Shown here piece by piece: positions 22,132 through 31,555 of a stretch of 64,000 nucleotides of DNA (position 1 is its first letter; every line of letters begins with the position of its first letter). The position numbers and the translations under genes were made by a program. This DNA comes from an uncultured Chloroflexia bacterium. GTDB lineage: Bacteria > Chloroflexota > Anaerolineae > CG2-30-64-16. The DNA is taken from contig CAVZDU010000001.1 in the NCBI GenBank assembly GCA_963774265.1, forward strand, positions 1,376,001-1,440,000, written 5' to 3'. The notes under the pieces are model-generated. The model was given only the letters and a program-made list of their open reading frames with translations, had not been told where the DNA came from and ran no database searches.

Positions 22132-25100
22132 GGGAGACACCCCTGGATGATTTCATCTTTCGTGGGGAAGAAGGTGCGTGAATCGACCCCGTGGGCCCAG
22201 ATGGTCGGATAGCTTTGGACGCCCTCCACCTCCACCCACAAATACAACCTGTTGGCCGGATCGATGGCGCGGTCCACCGGCACGTCATTGAATTCCCATG
22301 AAGGATAAGTGATTGCTCCTGACTGGCGAGTCGTGGCGATAGCGGTTGTTGCCAGGGGACGAGCCACTTCAGCATTCCACGCGCCGTACAGCGTGAGGCC
22401 CGTCGGACGCCAGTTGCGCGGAACGGATAATCGAGTGCCGTGTTTGAAGATCGTCACCATGACATTCGCCAGGGTTGCTTCACTGACGCCTCGCTGGATG
22501 CCTGCTGTGTCGTGAGGCCAAACGATCTGAACGCGAGCGTCGACCGCATCGATGGCGCCGATGGCTAAACCACTGGGCACCAATTGCTCCGGGAAGTAGG
22601 TGCGCGCATCTACGGCATGCGCCCAGACGCTGGTGGCCGTGTCCACTCCATCCACCTGCACCAGAAAATACACTTTAGACGCGCCATCCCGGGCCTGCGA
22701 CACATCCACGTCATTCGCCTCCCAATAAGGGAAGGGCTGACCGTCCACAGTCCGTTGTTCGGCCTCATCGATGGGCAGCGCCGGCTCTGTGTTCACCGCG
22801 CGCCACAGGCGCACTTTGGGCCGCCAACCGCAATCCGGCGGCTGCAGGCTTTCGGGCATGAACAGTCGAATGCCCACATTGGCGAGCTGCGCCTGATCGA
22901 GCGGGGCAAAATCATGCGGCCACACGACCTCGATGCGCGCGTCTACGCCTGCGCGGGATCCCTGACCGCTGGGTATGCTGGTGGGGGAGCCGGGCGGTGT
23001 TTGGGTGGCGGCGGGCGTGGGACCTTCTGTGCCCAGCAGCCACACGCCGGCCGTCGCCGTCGTCATGAAGAGCCCACCGGGAACGGCATAGTTGACGGCC
23101 AACCCCAAGCCCAGGTTGTCGCCCACGCCGATGCCCGCGTTCTGCCAGCTATCCCCGTTATCGGTGCTGCGATACACGCCCCCGCCATCACGCGTCGCCC
23201 ACAACAGACCAGGTGATCGCCCATCTGAAACGAAGGCGATGATGTTGCTGCTTGCTGGCAATCCACTGCTGGCTGGCTGCCAGTTCTCTGTCGCGCTGCT
23301 CCAGCGCATGATCCCGTTTCCACTTACGCCGGCAAAGAGCGCCACCGGCGCGGTGTCATCTGCCTGGGCGGCGGATGCCGTGAGCCAGCGCACCTGTTGG
23401 CCGTCAAGCCCGAACGGCTGCCAGGAATTGCCGCCATCTCGGCTTTGAAGCACACCATTATTGGTTCCGGCCCAGATGCGCAGCTCATCATTTGGGTGAA
23501 CCGCCATCCCCTTCACATCCGTCGGCGGCTCGCCCTGCGCTGATACCACCTGCATGGGGACCCATGTCTCACCGCCGTCTTTGCTGTGCAGGCCGGGAAT
23601 GCCGTCGACGTAAATGTGTTCCGGTGCGGAGGGTGCGAAGGCGATCGCGGAGCGTTGTCCGGAGGTCAGCAATTCGGTTTTCCAGGTGGCGCCGCCGTCG
23701 TGCGTGGTGGAAATGTGCTCCCAACCCGCGAGGATGAAACCCTGGCTGTTGGCCGGGTCGCTGGCCCACGCGGTTGAGCGATCTGTGGGGATGCCGCCAT
23801 CGTTTGGGAGCCAGGATCGGCCCGTGTCCCTACTGATCAACAGAGCTGGGCCCGGCCGGCCTTGTTGGATCGGTGCGATGAACTGAGAAGGTTGGTCGGG
23901 ATGTGTGAGCAGGCCAGCCAGCGCGGCGTTGGCGGGAAGTCCAGTTCCCAGGGGACGCCACAGCGCGCCTGCATCGGTCGAGGCAAACAATCCGTAACCC
24001 GTGGCTGCCAACACGGTCGTAGCGTTGCCGGCGCCCTGCAGCGACGCGAACTCCATAACCGGCCCGGCGCTAAGTGCGCCTTCGAGTGGCTGCCAGGTGA
24101 GCCCCCGGTCAGCGCTTCGATAGGTCCCGCCGATCGTGCTGACCAGGAGGATGCCATCGCCCAGCGCGGCGGCTGCCCCGACGCCGGACCCCACGTCAGG
24201 CAGTCCACTGGCCCGCACTTGCGACCAGGTTTTGCCGCCGTCGCTGCTGCGTTGAACGGACCAGTCGGGCGTCCGAGCACCCAGCAGGGTGAGCGTCTGC
24301 GAGTCGCCTGGTTCGATCACCAGTTGGCTGCGTTCTCGACCTGCAGAGCAGACGCCGGACTCTGAATCACAGGCCCAGGTTTTGCCGCCGTCACCGGAGC
24401 GCAGCAAGTTCCCGTTGGTCGTTACGACGAAGAGCAGTTGCGCGTCCTGGGGATGTGCGACGAGCGTTGCCAAGTCACCGCCGGACCCGTCTGCGATCCG
24501 GGGCAATTCGATACTTGCCCAAGTAGCACCGTTGTCTGAGCTGCGGTAGACATAACTTAGGCCCGCTTCGGCCGCGCGCGCAGCCCCAACGACAAGCTCG
24601 CCCCGCGCGTCGCGCCGGATGATGCGGATGAGCAGGTCATCGCGATCGAGCCGCACCCGCTGCCAGGTGCGCCCCTGGTCGAAACTGCGCCACATCCCGG
24701 AGCGCGGTTCCATCTCATTCAAGCGCTCCAGTAGACCGACCCAAACAGACTCATCGCGGCTGTCGACAAAGAGCTCGGTGATGGCGCCCGGCGGCAGATC
24801 GTTCGTTGCGGGCAGCCAGGTGGCGCCCCCGTCAGTGCTGCGGTACAGCGCATCGGCGCTTGTAGGCGCCCCGGTGTCACGCCATTGGGTCTGATCCCCC
24901 TGGCGGTACAAAATCACGCTGCTCACAGCATAGACTGTCCGCCCATCTTTGCCGGCCGATAATTGCGTGATCACCCCACCGGGCGTGGCCAGCGACTGCC
25001 ACTTAGTCGGGATTTCCTGGGCATGGGTCGCGGGTGGGACGGTCAGAGACAGCATGACGAGGCACAGCAGCGGAGGAAGCAAGCGAAGTCGATGAGCCAT
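22128..25100 (-). CDS. Secreted BNR/Asp-box (VPS10-like) beta-propeller protein with two C-terminal repeats of an unrecognised domain
   Basis: Signal peptide; about 12 SxDGGxTW Asp-boxes; two VDARxxxVWPHD...WAHxVDxRTxFP repeats; SD GGAG. Confidence 0.85.
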   Translation of the reverse strand: MAHRLRLLPPLLCLVMLSLTVPPATHAQEIPTKWQSLATPGGVITQLSAGKDGRTVYAVSSVILYRQGDQTQWRDTGAPTSADALYRSTDGGATWLPATNDLPPGAITELFVDSRDESVWVGLLERLNEMEPRSGMWRSFDQGRTWQRVRLDRDDLLIRIIRRDARGELVVGAARAAEAGLSYVYRSSDNGATWASIELPRIADGSGGDLATLVAHPQDAQLLFVVTTNGNLLRSGDGGKTWACDSESGVCSAGRERSQLVIEPGDSQTLTLLGARTPDWSVQRSSDGGKTWSQVRASGLPDVGSGVGAAAALGDGILLVSTIGGTYRSADRGLTWQPLEGALSAGPVMEFASLQGAGNATTVLAATGYGLFASTDAGALWRPLGTGLPANAALAGLLTHPDQPSQFIAPIQQGRPGPALLISRDTGRSWLPNDGGIPTDRSTAWASDPANSQGFILAGWEHISTTHDGGATWKTELLTSGQRSAIAFAPSAPEHIYVDGIPGLHSKDGGETWVPMQVVSAQGEPPTDVKGMAVHPNDELRIWAGTNNGVLQSRDGGNSWQPFGLDGQQVRWLTASAAQADDTAPVALFAGVSGNGIMRWSSATENWQPASSGLPASSNIIAFVSDGRSPGLLWATRDGGGVYRSTDNGDSWQNAGIGVGDNLGLGLAVNYAVPGGLFMTTATAGVWLLGTEGPTPAATQTPPGSPTSIPSGQGSRAGVDARIEVVWPHDFAPLDQAQLANVGIRLFMPESLQPPDCGWRPKVRLWRAVNTEPALPIDEAEQRTVDGQPFPYWEANDVDVSQARDGASKVYFLVQVDGVDTATSVWAHAVDARTYFPEQLVPSGLAIGAIDAVDARVQIVWPHDTAGIQRGVSEATLANVMVTIFKHGTRLSVPRNWRPTGLTLYGAWNAEVARPLATTAIATTRQSGAITYPSWEFNDVPVDRAIDPANRLYLWVEVEGVQSYPTIWAHGVDSRTFFPTKDEIIQGCLP

Positions 25101-25226
25101 AAATTCTCCGGCAGAGCGATAACGGGCAGCCGACGCGTCCTGGAAGCATCAGGATGTCGAGAGGATTTTATCACAACTGAGGGATCAGTGCGAAGAGATT
25201 CCCCTCGTCTGCTTTTAAATGAAACG

Positions 25227-25260
25227 AGCGGCGCAATCCCCCTGGGAAGAAGCGCCGCCC
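25227..25260 (-). terminator. Probable intrinsic terminator after the SIMPL gene
   Basis: GCGGCGC...GCGCCGC stem followed on the minus strand by a T-rich tail. Confidence 0.5.
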
Positions 25261-25289
25261 TTGACTTACGAACTCACTGCCCTGCGGTC

Positions 25290-26078
25290 TTACTTGATCG
25301 CATACACTATCTGGATCTGCGTGGTGAAGGACACTTCACCTGGCTCGACCGGGGTGCCACCGCCACCTCCGCGACCTTCCGCTGCGGAGTACATGACCGC
25401 CGGCACATTGCCGATAACTTCGCTCACAGCGACCACGTCGCCAACGGTCACACCGGTCAGCTCAGCCAGACTTTCGGCCCGGGCACGGGCGTTTTTGACG
25501 GCGGCCTCGCGGGCCCGGACTTCGAGGGCGTCCGTATCATCCAACCCAAAGGTGATGCCCCAGACGTTGTTGGCGCCGGCCTTCACGGCCGCGTCCAGCA
25601 CCGCGCCGACCTGCTTCAGGTCCCGGATGGTGATCGTCACCATGTTGCTGACCCGGTAGAACCCGGCCGGTTGAGAGCTTTCAGTCTTTGTACCCTCGGG
25701 CGTGCCCGTTTGCGGGCGCTCGAAGTTGATCGAGAAGTTACTGGTCTGAATATCCTTGTCGGCAATGTCCAGTTTCTTCAGGGCCGCCAGGACGGCGTCC
25801 ATACGCGCCTGCGCGTCTTCCATCGCCGCGTCCACGGTTGGGGCTAATGCCTCAACTCCCACCGTGGTGGTCGCCAATTCGGGCTTAACCTTCACCTCAC
25901 CGCGGCCAACCACAGTGATAGTGCGGGTGGCGGCCTGCCCATTTGGCGACTGCGTTCCAGTCGGCGACTGCGTTGCAGTCTGCGCCTGCGCAGGCAAAAT
26001 ACCATTGCTCAGCACGAGCGCCGCAGCCAGCGCCACTACTCCCAATGCGGCCACAATACTCGTTCGACGAACTGACAT
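25290..26078 (-). CDS. SIMPL domain (DUF541) exported protein
   Basis: RTITVVGRGEVKVKPE, DIQTSNFSI, VLDAAVKAGAN, AVKNARARAE; SD GAGGAGG before ATG 26078. Confidence 0.92.
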   Translation of the reverse strand: MSVRRTSIVAALGVVALAAALVLSNGILPAQAQTATQSPTGTQSPNGQAATRTITVVGRGEVKVKPELATTTVGVEALAPTVDAAMEDAQARMDAVLAALKKLDIADKDIQTSNFSINFERPQTGTPEGTKTESSQPAGFYRVSNMVTITIRDLKQVGAVLDAAVKAGANNVWGITFGLDDTDALEVRAREAAVKNARARAESLAELTGVTVGDVVAVSEVIGNVPAVMYSAAEGRGGGGGTPVEPGEVSFTTQIQIVYAIK

Positions 26079-26141
26079 ACGGGAACCCTCCTCTTGGTGT
26101 GTATCATTAGTTGCTCTCCGGCCATGCCGGTCACCTAATAC

Positions 26142-26168
26142 TGACGCCAATTTGTGGAGGATGGTTCC
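26142..26168 (-). promoter_or_regulatory. Putative ECF-sigma promoter of the SIMPL gene
   Basis: GGAACC-N16-CGTCA. Confidence 0.55.
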
Positions 26169-26178
26169 GCTTCATATG

Positions 26179-26694
26179 TCAATTAAACTGCGGCAGGCGC
26201 GTCTGAAGTTCGTCCGGTCCTCGCTGCACTTCCCACGGATAGACGATGAACCGGTCTGTCACGGCAGCGTAGTAGTCCGGACCGGCCTCGCGAAACAGGC
26301 TGCTACCCGGCTTGTAGTGTATTACGGCGGCCTCCGGTTTGCCGCCGGCCGCCAGCACGCGGCCTTTGACCGTCGTCAGTGTCCGCCCGTTGGCCCAGAT
26401 ATCGTCGACGACGAGAATGTGCTTGTCTCGCAGCAATCGATCCTCGGGGAACTGAAGGAATGTGGGCCAGGCCAGTCGCGACTGGCCGGCCTCGGGGAAC
26501 TGCACCGCGGCGGTCAAAATGTGATTTAATCCCAGTGCTTCCGCGATCATGCCGCCGGGGACGATGCCGCCCCGTGTGATCAACAAAAGTGCATCGTAGG
26601 GACCGCGCAGCTGAGGCAGTAAGTAGTCAATCAGCTTGTCGACCTCTTGCCAGGTCAGAAATTCAGGTGCGCTGGGCATTGTCGGACTCGTCAT
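26179..26694 (-). CDS. Type I phosphoribosyltransferase (purine PRT-like)
   Basis: ITRGG, PRPP loop ILVVDDIWANGRT, IVYPWE. Confidence 0.9.
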   Translation of the reverse strand: MTSPTMPSAPEFLTWQEVDKLIDYLLPQLRGPYDALLLITRGGIVPGGMIAEALGLNHILTAAVQFPEAGQSRLAWPTFLQFPEDRLLRDKHILVVDDIWANGRTLTTVKGRVLAAGGKPEAAVIHYKPGSSLFREAGPDYYAAVTDRFIVYPWEVQRGPDELQTRLPQFN

Positions 26695-27590
26695 GCCAAC
26701 TCCTTTAGGGCAATATGTAGCTGCGTTCGTTGTTCTTCGGTGAGTTCGATCTGTGGGGGGCGCACTGCAGTTGCGGGCAAACCGGCCAATTCAGCCAGCG
26801 CAGCCTTGGTTGACGGCTGGAGTGGGAACAAATCCAGCACATTCCGAGCCGCCGAAAGGCGCGCCTGCGCCTGTGATGCATCGCCACCATTCCAGATGGC
26901 TGCCTGGACCGCGGCCGCACGATCAGGAAATACATTGGCCCCCGCAGTAATCGAGCCTGCGCCGCCTGCTGCGCAGGCCTCGGCCACGCGGTGGTCGTTG
27001 CCGGCGAAGTAGGCGAGCTGCGGAAATGTCGAACGGAAATGAGTCAGTTGGGCGGGATCGCCCGTGGAATCTTTGATCCCGTAGATCAGCTCACGATGCG
27101 ATGCGAGTAGCAACTGGAGCAGGCCATCGCTGATCGGCACGCCCGTGGTCTGTGGAATGTGATATAACAACACCCGTCCGCCACGCGGAGCCGCGGCATC
27201 CAAGAGCCGCCGGTACCAACCGGCGACGCCCGTTTCTGCCGGCTTTTTGAAGTAGAACGGCGGCATGACCAGCACCGCGTCGGCTCCCACGTCGAAGGCA
27301 TGCCGGGTGAGGGTGATCGAGTCCGTCAGCGCAGCCGCGCCTGTCCCCACGATCACCGGCATCCCCAATCTCCTGGCGGCGGCCAGCGCGGCTTCGGCCA
27401 CCTGCAACCGTTCCGCCACGCTCAGCGATGCCGCCTCACCATTTGTCCCGCAAGGGACGATGCCTGTGCACCCATGCTCATGGATGTAGCTCACGTGCTC
27501 GGCAATCCAGGGTAAATCCACCTGGCCGTCTGAGAAACGGAACGGGGTCACGATTGGGGCGAACACTCCGCGCAATGGATTCACTCGCAC
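26691..27590 (-). CDS. Dihydrodipicolinate synthase (DapA/NanA)-family aldolase
   Basis: VTPF, GTNGE, LYHIP, Schiff-base GIKDS. Confidence 0.9.
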   Translation of the reverse strand: MRVNPLRGVFAPIVTPFRFSDGQVDLPWIAEHVSYIHEHGCTGIVPCGTNGEAASLSVAERLQVAEAALAAARRLGMPVIVGTGAAALTDSITLTRHAFDVGADAVLVMPPFYFKKPAETGVAGWYRRLLDAAAPRGGRVLLYHIPQTTGVPISDGLLQLLLASHRELIYGIKDSTGDPAQLTHFRSTFPQLAYFAGNDHRVAEACAAGGAGSITAGANVFPDRAAAVQAAIWNGGDASQAQARLSAARNVLDLFPLQPSTKAALAELAGLPATAVRPPQIELTEEQRTQLHIALKELA

Positions 27591-27595
27591 TTCTC

Positions 27596-28252
27596 CTAAC
27601 TGAAGGGCTGCTCAAGCACAACACGGGCCGGCGCACCGTCACCGCCTTCGTAGCGGAGCGGCAGGCAGATGAGCCGGTAGCCGCCTGGCTTCACATCGGC
27701 AAGCATCAGATTCTCGATGATCACGATCTTGTTGGCAAGGAGCATGCGATGTACGGCGAAATCCTCTGAACCGAACGGATCCACAGAAGGTCCGTCGATC
27801 CCGACCAGGCGAATACGTTTTGCCAACAACCAACCACCCGCCATGGGATCCAGGGCAACGTAATTCTTGTCGAAGGGCAAGGCCTTTCCCCCCGTGGCCC
27901 GGTTCTCCGGTTTTGGCAACGAATTGTCTGTTCTGAGCAGCAATCGCTCGATGCCGGCAGGGATGGGGCAGCGGTCCAGTAGCTCTGCCGTGACCAGCCC
28001 AACGCTCCCAATATGAGCGACCCAAGTCGGACCGATGAGAATGTCCAGTGGGAGCTGATCCACCGTGGCGCCCCGGGTCATGAAGTGCGCGGGCGCATCG
28101 ACGTGAGTTCCTACATGACTGCTCATCCGAATCTCGGAGACAGTGGAGACTCCAGTCGACCGGTTTACCGTCACCGGTGTGTCGCCCGGCCATATGGGGA
28201 GTCGATCGGAAAACGGAAGCGTGATGTCCAGATAGGTAGCAGTGTTGGGCAT
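27596..28252 (-). CDS. Cyclase/kynurenine formamidase-family metallohydrolase
   Basis: HVGTHVDAPAH, VGIDGPSVD, IIENL, GDGAPAR. Confidence 0.92.
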   Translation of the reverse strand: MPNTATYLDITLPFSDRLPIWPGDTPVTVNRSTGVSTVSEIRMSSHVGTHVDAPAHFMTRGATVDQLPLDILIGPTWVAHIGSVGLVTAELLDRCPIPAGIERLLLRTDNSLPKPENRATGGKALPFDKNYVALDPMAGGWLLAKRIRLVGIDGPSVDPFGSEDFAVHRMLLANKIVIIENLMLADVKPGGYRLICLPLRYEGGDGAPARVVLEQPFS

Positions 28253-28312
28253 GAAGGGATTTTACCATAGCACGTGCCCTGTACGAAGATGACGTGGGCC
28301 GTGTGACTTCCT

Positions 28313-29840
28313 GACTCGGTTCCGTCCTATGTTGGCGGACCGAGTCGGCCTGTTGGTAGGTGATAATCGGCAGACGGCTGCGCAGACTTTGCCTCCCGTC
28401 GCTCGCCGCCGGTAAGGGGCGACAAGCGACGGGACCGTGGGCGTTTACACGCCCAAAGCGTCCAGGTAGCTCACTTTTCCGGGTGGCACGCCGGCGACTT
28501 GGAGGGCACTTTGGCCGGGATGCCGGTAATGACGTTTACGCTCAGACCTCCCTTGAGCGGGCTCGAAGTTATGGTAGATCGCCCAGACCAGGGTCGCCCG
28601 CTCCAGGCGCTGATCCGAGCGGTGGTTGCGGCCGCGGCTGAGTCGTAAGCGAAAATCTCGCCAGTACCACTCGGGTGTCACCCGCTGCAAGCCTTGGTAG
28701 TAAGCCAGCAGGTGCACGAGTACCCGATCGAGTTGCTCATTGAGCAGCTTGCCGAGGGTTGCGCCTAGCGGATGCCCCAGCAGCGTGGCTAACGCTGCTT
28801 CCGCCTCAGTGTAACTCTGGGCGTCCATGATCTTGTGAATCAGCCCGCCCAACTCATCTCGGGTTTGCTTGCGGATGTGCTCGGCAGCTTCGCCGGTCAG
28901 GTCGCCCGCCGCTTCGCTGGCGGCTTTGGCGAGCTCGCCTCCCAGGTTGCGCCACAAATGCCAGACGCAGCGCTGATGCTGGACCCAGGCGAGGCTCCGG
29001 CGCAAGTAAGCCAGCAGCCCCTGTGCGCCATCGGACGTTGCGCCACGCAGGGCATCCACGTCCAGTCCGGCCCGCTTAGCCCGTTCAAACAGCCGCTGCC
29101 ACGGTCCTACCGACCCTTCGCCTTTGGCCACGACTGGCGGATAGACCAGGCCGGTAACGCTGTCCACGATGAGCAGCACGACCCGCTGCGCCTTGCCTTT
29201 CAGCTTGGCCCATAAGCCGTCCGTGCCCACCGCGTGCGTGTGGGCAATGCCCGCTAGTTGCCCGTCCACGCTGGCTTGAGCCGTTTTGCCGGCCCCGTCC
29301 AGCCAGCGCTGCACGGTGCTGGCCGCCAAATAACACCGCTCGCCGCTCTCGGGATCCAGCGGTCGCCAGAGCAACCAACGTTCCTGGTGCCCCAACCAGG
29401 AGCGCAGCAACTCCGCCGTCCGCCGTAATGAGGTGCCGCCGTGTTGCCAGTGGTCGACCGCACAACGGTGAACGTCCCGGGCATACCAACTACCGCGCAC
29501 CAGCAGGGCCGACCGCTCCGAATACGTCTTGTTGCAGGCGTAGCACTTGTGGCGCTGGATGCGCACCTCCTGCCGGCCCCGATCCAGGAACCAGGGGTGA
29601 CGGGGATACGTGCCCCAGCAACTCGTCCACGTCCCGCCACAGGTCGGACAGCGCTTCCAGTCCCAAACGCTGCGCTTGGCCAGCGCCACTAAGGATTGCA
29701 GGTGTGCCCTGCCTCGCTCTATAATGTTCATGGGCCGTGCGGCTTTCTTGTGCGGTGTCACAACTACACAATGGCCGTTTGGCCCATTTTTGTCAATAGC
29801 CCCTGTCGCTACACCGACCAACACAATCTGGAACCGAGTC
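28313..29840 (-). mobile_element. Complete insertion sequence, 1528 bp, IS256/ISH6 (Mutator-like) superfamily or unclassified
   Basis: TIRs GACTCGGTTCCgtcctaTGTTGG (28313-) and GACTCGGTTCCagattgTGTTGG (reverse complement, ending 29840); 8-bp TSD GACTTCCT at 28305-28312 and 29841-29848. Confidence 0.93.
28445..29731 (-). CDS. DDE transposase with an N-terminal Zn ribbon (428 aa)
   Basis: CPTCG...CYAC, HTH-like SLRRTAELL, GTDGLW (D1), TSDGA (D2), HQRCVWH (CxxH), TPEWYWR (candidate E). Confidence 0.88.
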   Translation of the reverse strand: MNIIERGRAHLQSLVALAKRSVWDWKRCPTCGGTWTSCWGTYPRHPWFLDRGRQEVRIQRHKCYACNKTYSERSALLVRGSWYARDVHRCAVDHWQHGGTSLRRTAELLRSWLGHQERWLLWRPLDPESGERCYLAASTVQRWLDGAGKTAQASVDGQLAGIAHTHAVGTDGLWAKLKGKAQRVVLLIVDSVTGLVYPPVVAKGEGSVGPWQRLFERAKRAGLDVDALRGATSDGAQGLLAYLRRSLAWVQHQRCVWHLWRNLGGELAKAASEAAGDLTGEAAEHIRKQTRDELGGLIHKIMDAQSYTEAEAALATLLGHPLGATLGKLLNEQLDRVLVHLLAYYQGLQRVTPEWYWRDFRLRLSRGRNHRSDQRLERATLVWAIYHNFEPAQGRSERKRHYRHPGQSALQVAGVPPGKVSYLDALGV

Positions 29841-29847
29841 GACTTCC

Positions 29848-29876
29848 TTGGCCGATCTAGGATGGGCCAGTATAAT
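29848..29876 (+). promoter_or_regulatory. Sigma70-type promoter for the sugar SBP gene, abutting the IS target duplication
   Basis: TTGGCC-17 bp-TATAAT. Confidence 0.65.
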
Positions 29877-29911
29877 CGTCATGTCCAGCCTTCTTGAATG
29901 GAGCCAAGCCG

Positions 29912-31238
29912 GTGCGCTTACCGAAGCTTCTCACGATCTTCCTTATCATGCTTGTGATCCTCAATGCGTGCGCGCCAACTCGCCTTCAGCCGACGCCGAC
30001 GCCGACCACAACAACCGCAGTCAGCCCCCAACCGAGCCCGCGCGTCACGCCTGGCGGTCCCATTACTCTCACGTACTGGGAGGAAGACAATGACGCGGCA
30101 GATGTGCTCCTGGACGAGCTTACGGCTGCCTTCACTGCTGCCAACCCCGAGATCACGATCGAGCGCACGCATTATAGCTACAACGATCTGCGCAACCAGT
30201 TCCGCGCCGAGTCTTTGTTTGCGGGGGAACCTCCTGACCTTGTACCGCGCGCCCGGTGAATTCACAGGCCCCTTCGGAGAGTTGCACATCGTCAAGGCGC
30301 TGGACGACATTTTCTCTGCCGAGTTTCTCGACGGTTATCTGTCCGGCGCGCTGGCCGGAGCGACTCTTAGGTCTAAGGTATGGGGGCTGCCAGACAACTA
30401 TAGCGGCCATCTTATGCTGCTATATAACAAGGACCTGGTGGTGCAAGTTCCTCTTGACACCGACACGTGGATAGCGCAGCTCAAGACGCTGACGGATGCT
30501 GCAAACGGCCAATACGGCCTCGTATTTGACGCCACAGAATCTTATTGGCTGATCCCTTGGCTTGCGGGCTTCGGGGGTTGGCCCCTGGACACGCAGGAGA
30601 AGCCCGCGCTGGCTACGGCCGAAATGATCGAGGCGCTGTGGTTCTTACACGACCTCAAGTACGAGCACCGGGTCATGCCCGACAAGGTAGACTATCAGAT
30701 CGCCTATGACCTGTTCAGTCAGGGCAAGGCCGCTTATGTAATCGATGGCGCCTGGAATCGTGATCGGTACGAGGGGCTGGGGGTGGAGGTGGGGATTGCG
30801 CTTCTGCCACGCGTCAGCCAGACGAAACTTTTGCCCGCACCGATGGCCACCGGCCGCTACTGGTTTATTGCCGATGGGGTGGATGGCGCGAGGCTGGACG
30901 CTGCAGCGCGTTTCGTGGAATTCATGACTTCCGCGCAAACGCAGGATCAGTGGTTGACCAAGATGCGGCGAATGCCCAGCAGCAAAGAAACGCTGGCCAG
31001 CCCGGCGGTTCTGTCGGATCCCGTGCTCGCGCCCATGGCCGAGCAATTGCGCTTGACGCGGGGCGTTCCGCCCGCCCTGGAGATGCCCTGCGCGTGGCGC
31101 GGCATGGGCGCCTACTTCGCAAAGGTTATGGCCGGTGAAATCACCGCGGATGACGCTGCACCTGCGATGCAGGAGGTGGCCGATGCCTGCGTCGCGGATA
31201 TGAATGGGGATGAAGTCACGCCGACAGTTGAGCCGTAG
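29912..31238 (+). CDS. Sugar ABC solute-binding lipoprotein (family 1, MalE-like), apparent frameshift ~30245
   Basis: Lipobox LNAC, T/P linker, ITLTYW, WGLP...LLYNKDLV, IDGAW; split across ORFs 29894-30259 and 29964-31238. Confidence 0.87.
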
Positions 31239-31316
31239 TAGCTAATGCCACGCGAATCGTGGGTTGCAGGGAAATCAACCGAGATGGAATTGTGACAAAA
31301 AAAGCGCTGTATTGGT

Positions 31317-31345
31317 TTGACAGTTGTTAAACACAGTGCTAATAT
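31317..31345 (+). promoter_or_regulatory. Strong sigma70 promoter of the mal-like operon
   Basis: TTGACA-17 bp-TAATAT with an extended -10 TG; implies a leader of about 200 nt. Confidence 0.8.
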
Positions 31346-31555
31346 ATTTAACCAGCTTTTGCTGCTGCTCTGGCAGCAGTCGTCATCGATGGACACCAAC
31401 CTTTCAGTTTGATAGCCAGCTCGCGCAGCGCCTTTCGGCGTGGTTTTGGCTTGGAATGGTCGGACCAGAGGAGGTGCACGACTGAGTTTAGCCTTGTCGA
31501 CTTGGACTGTGATTCTGAGATCCAATCTACATATTGAGGAAAAAGGAGAAGAACG

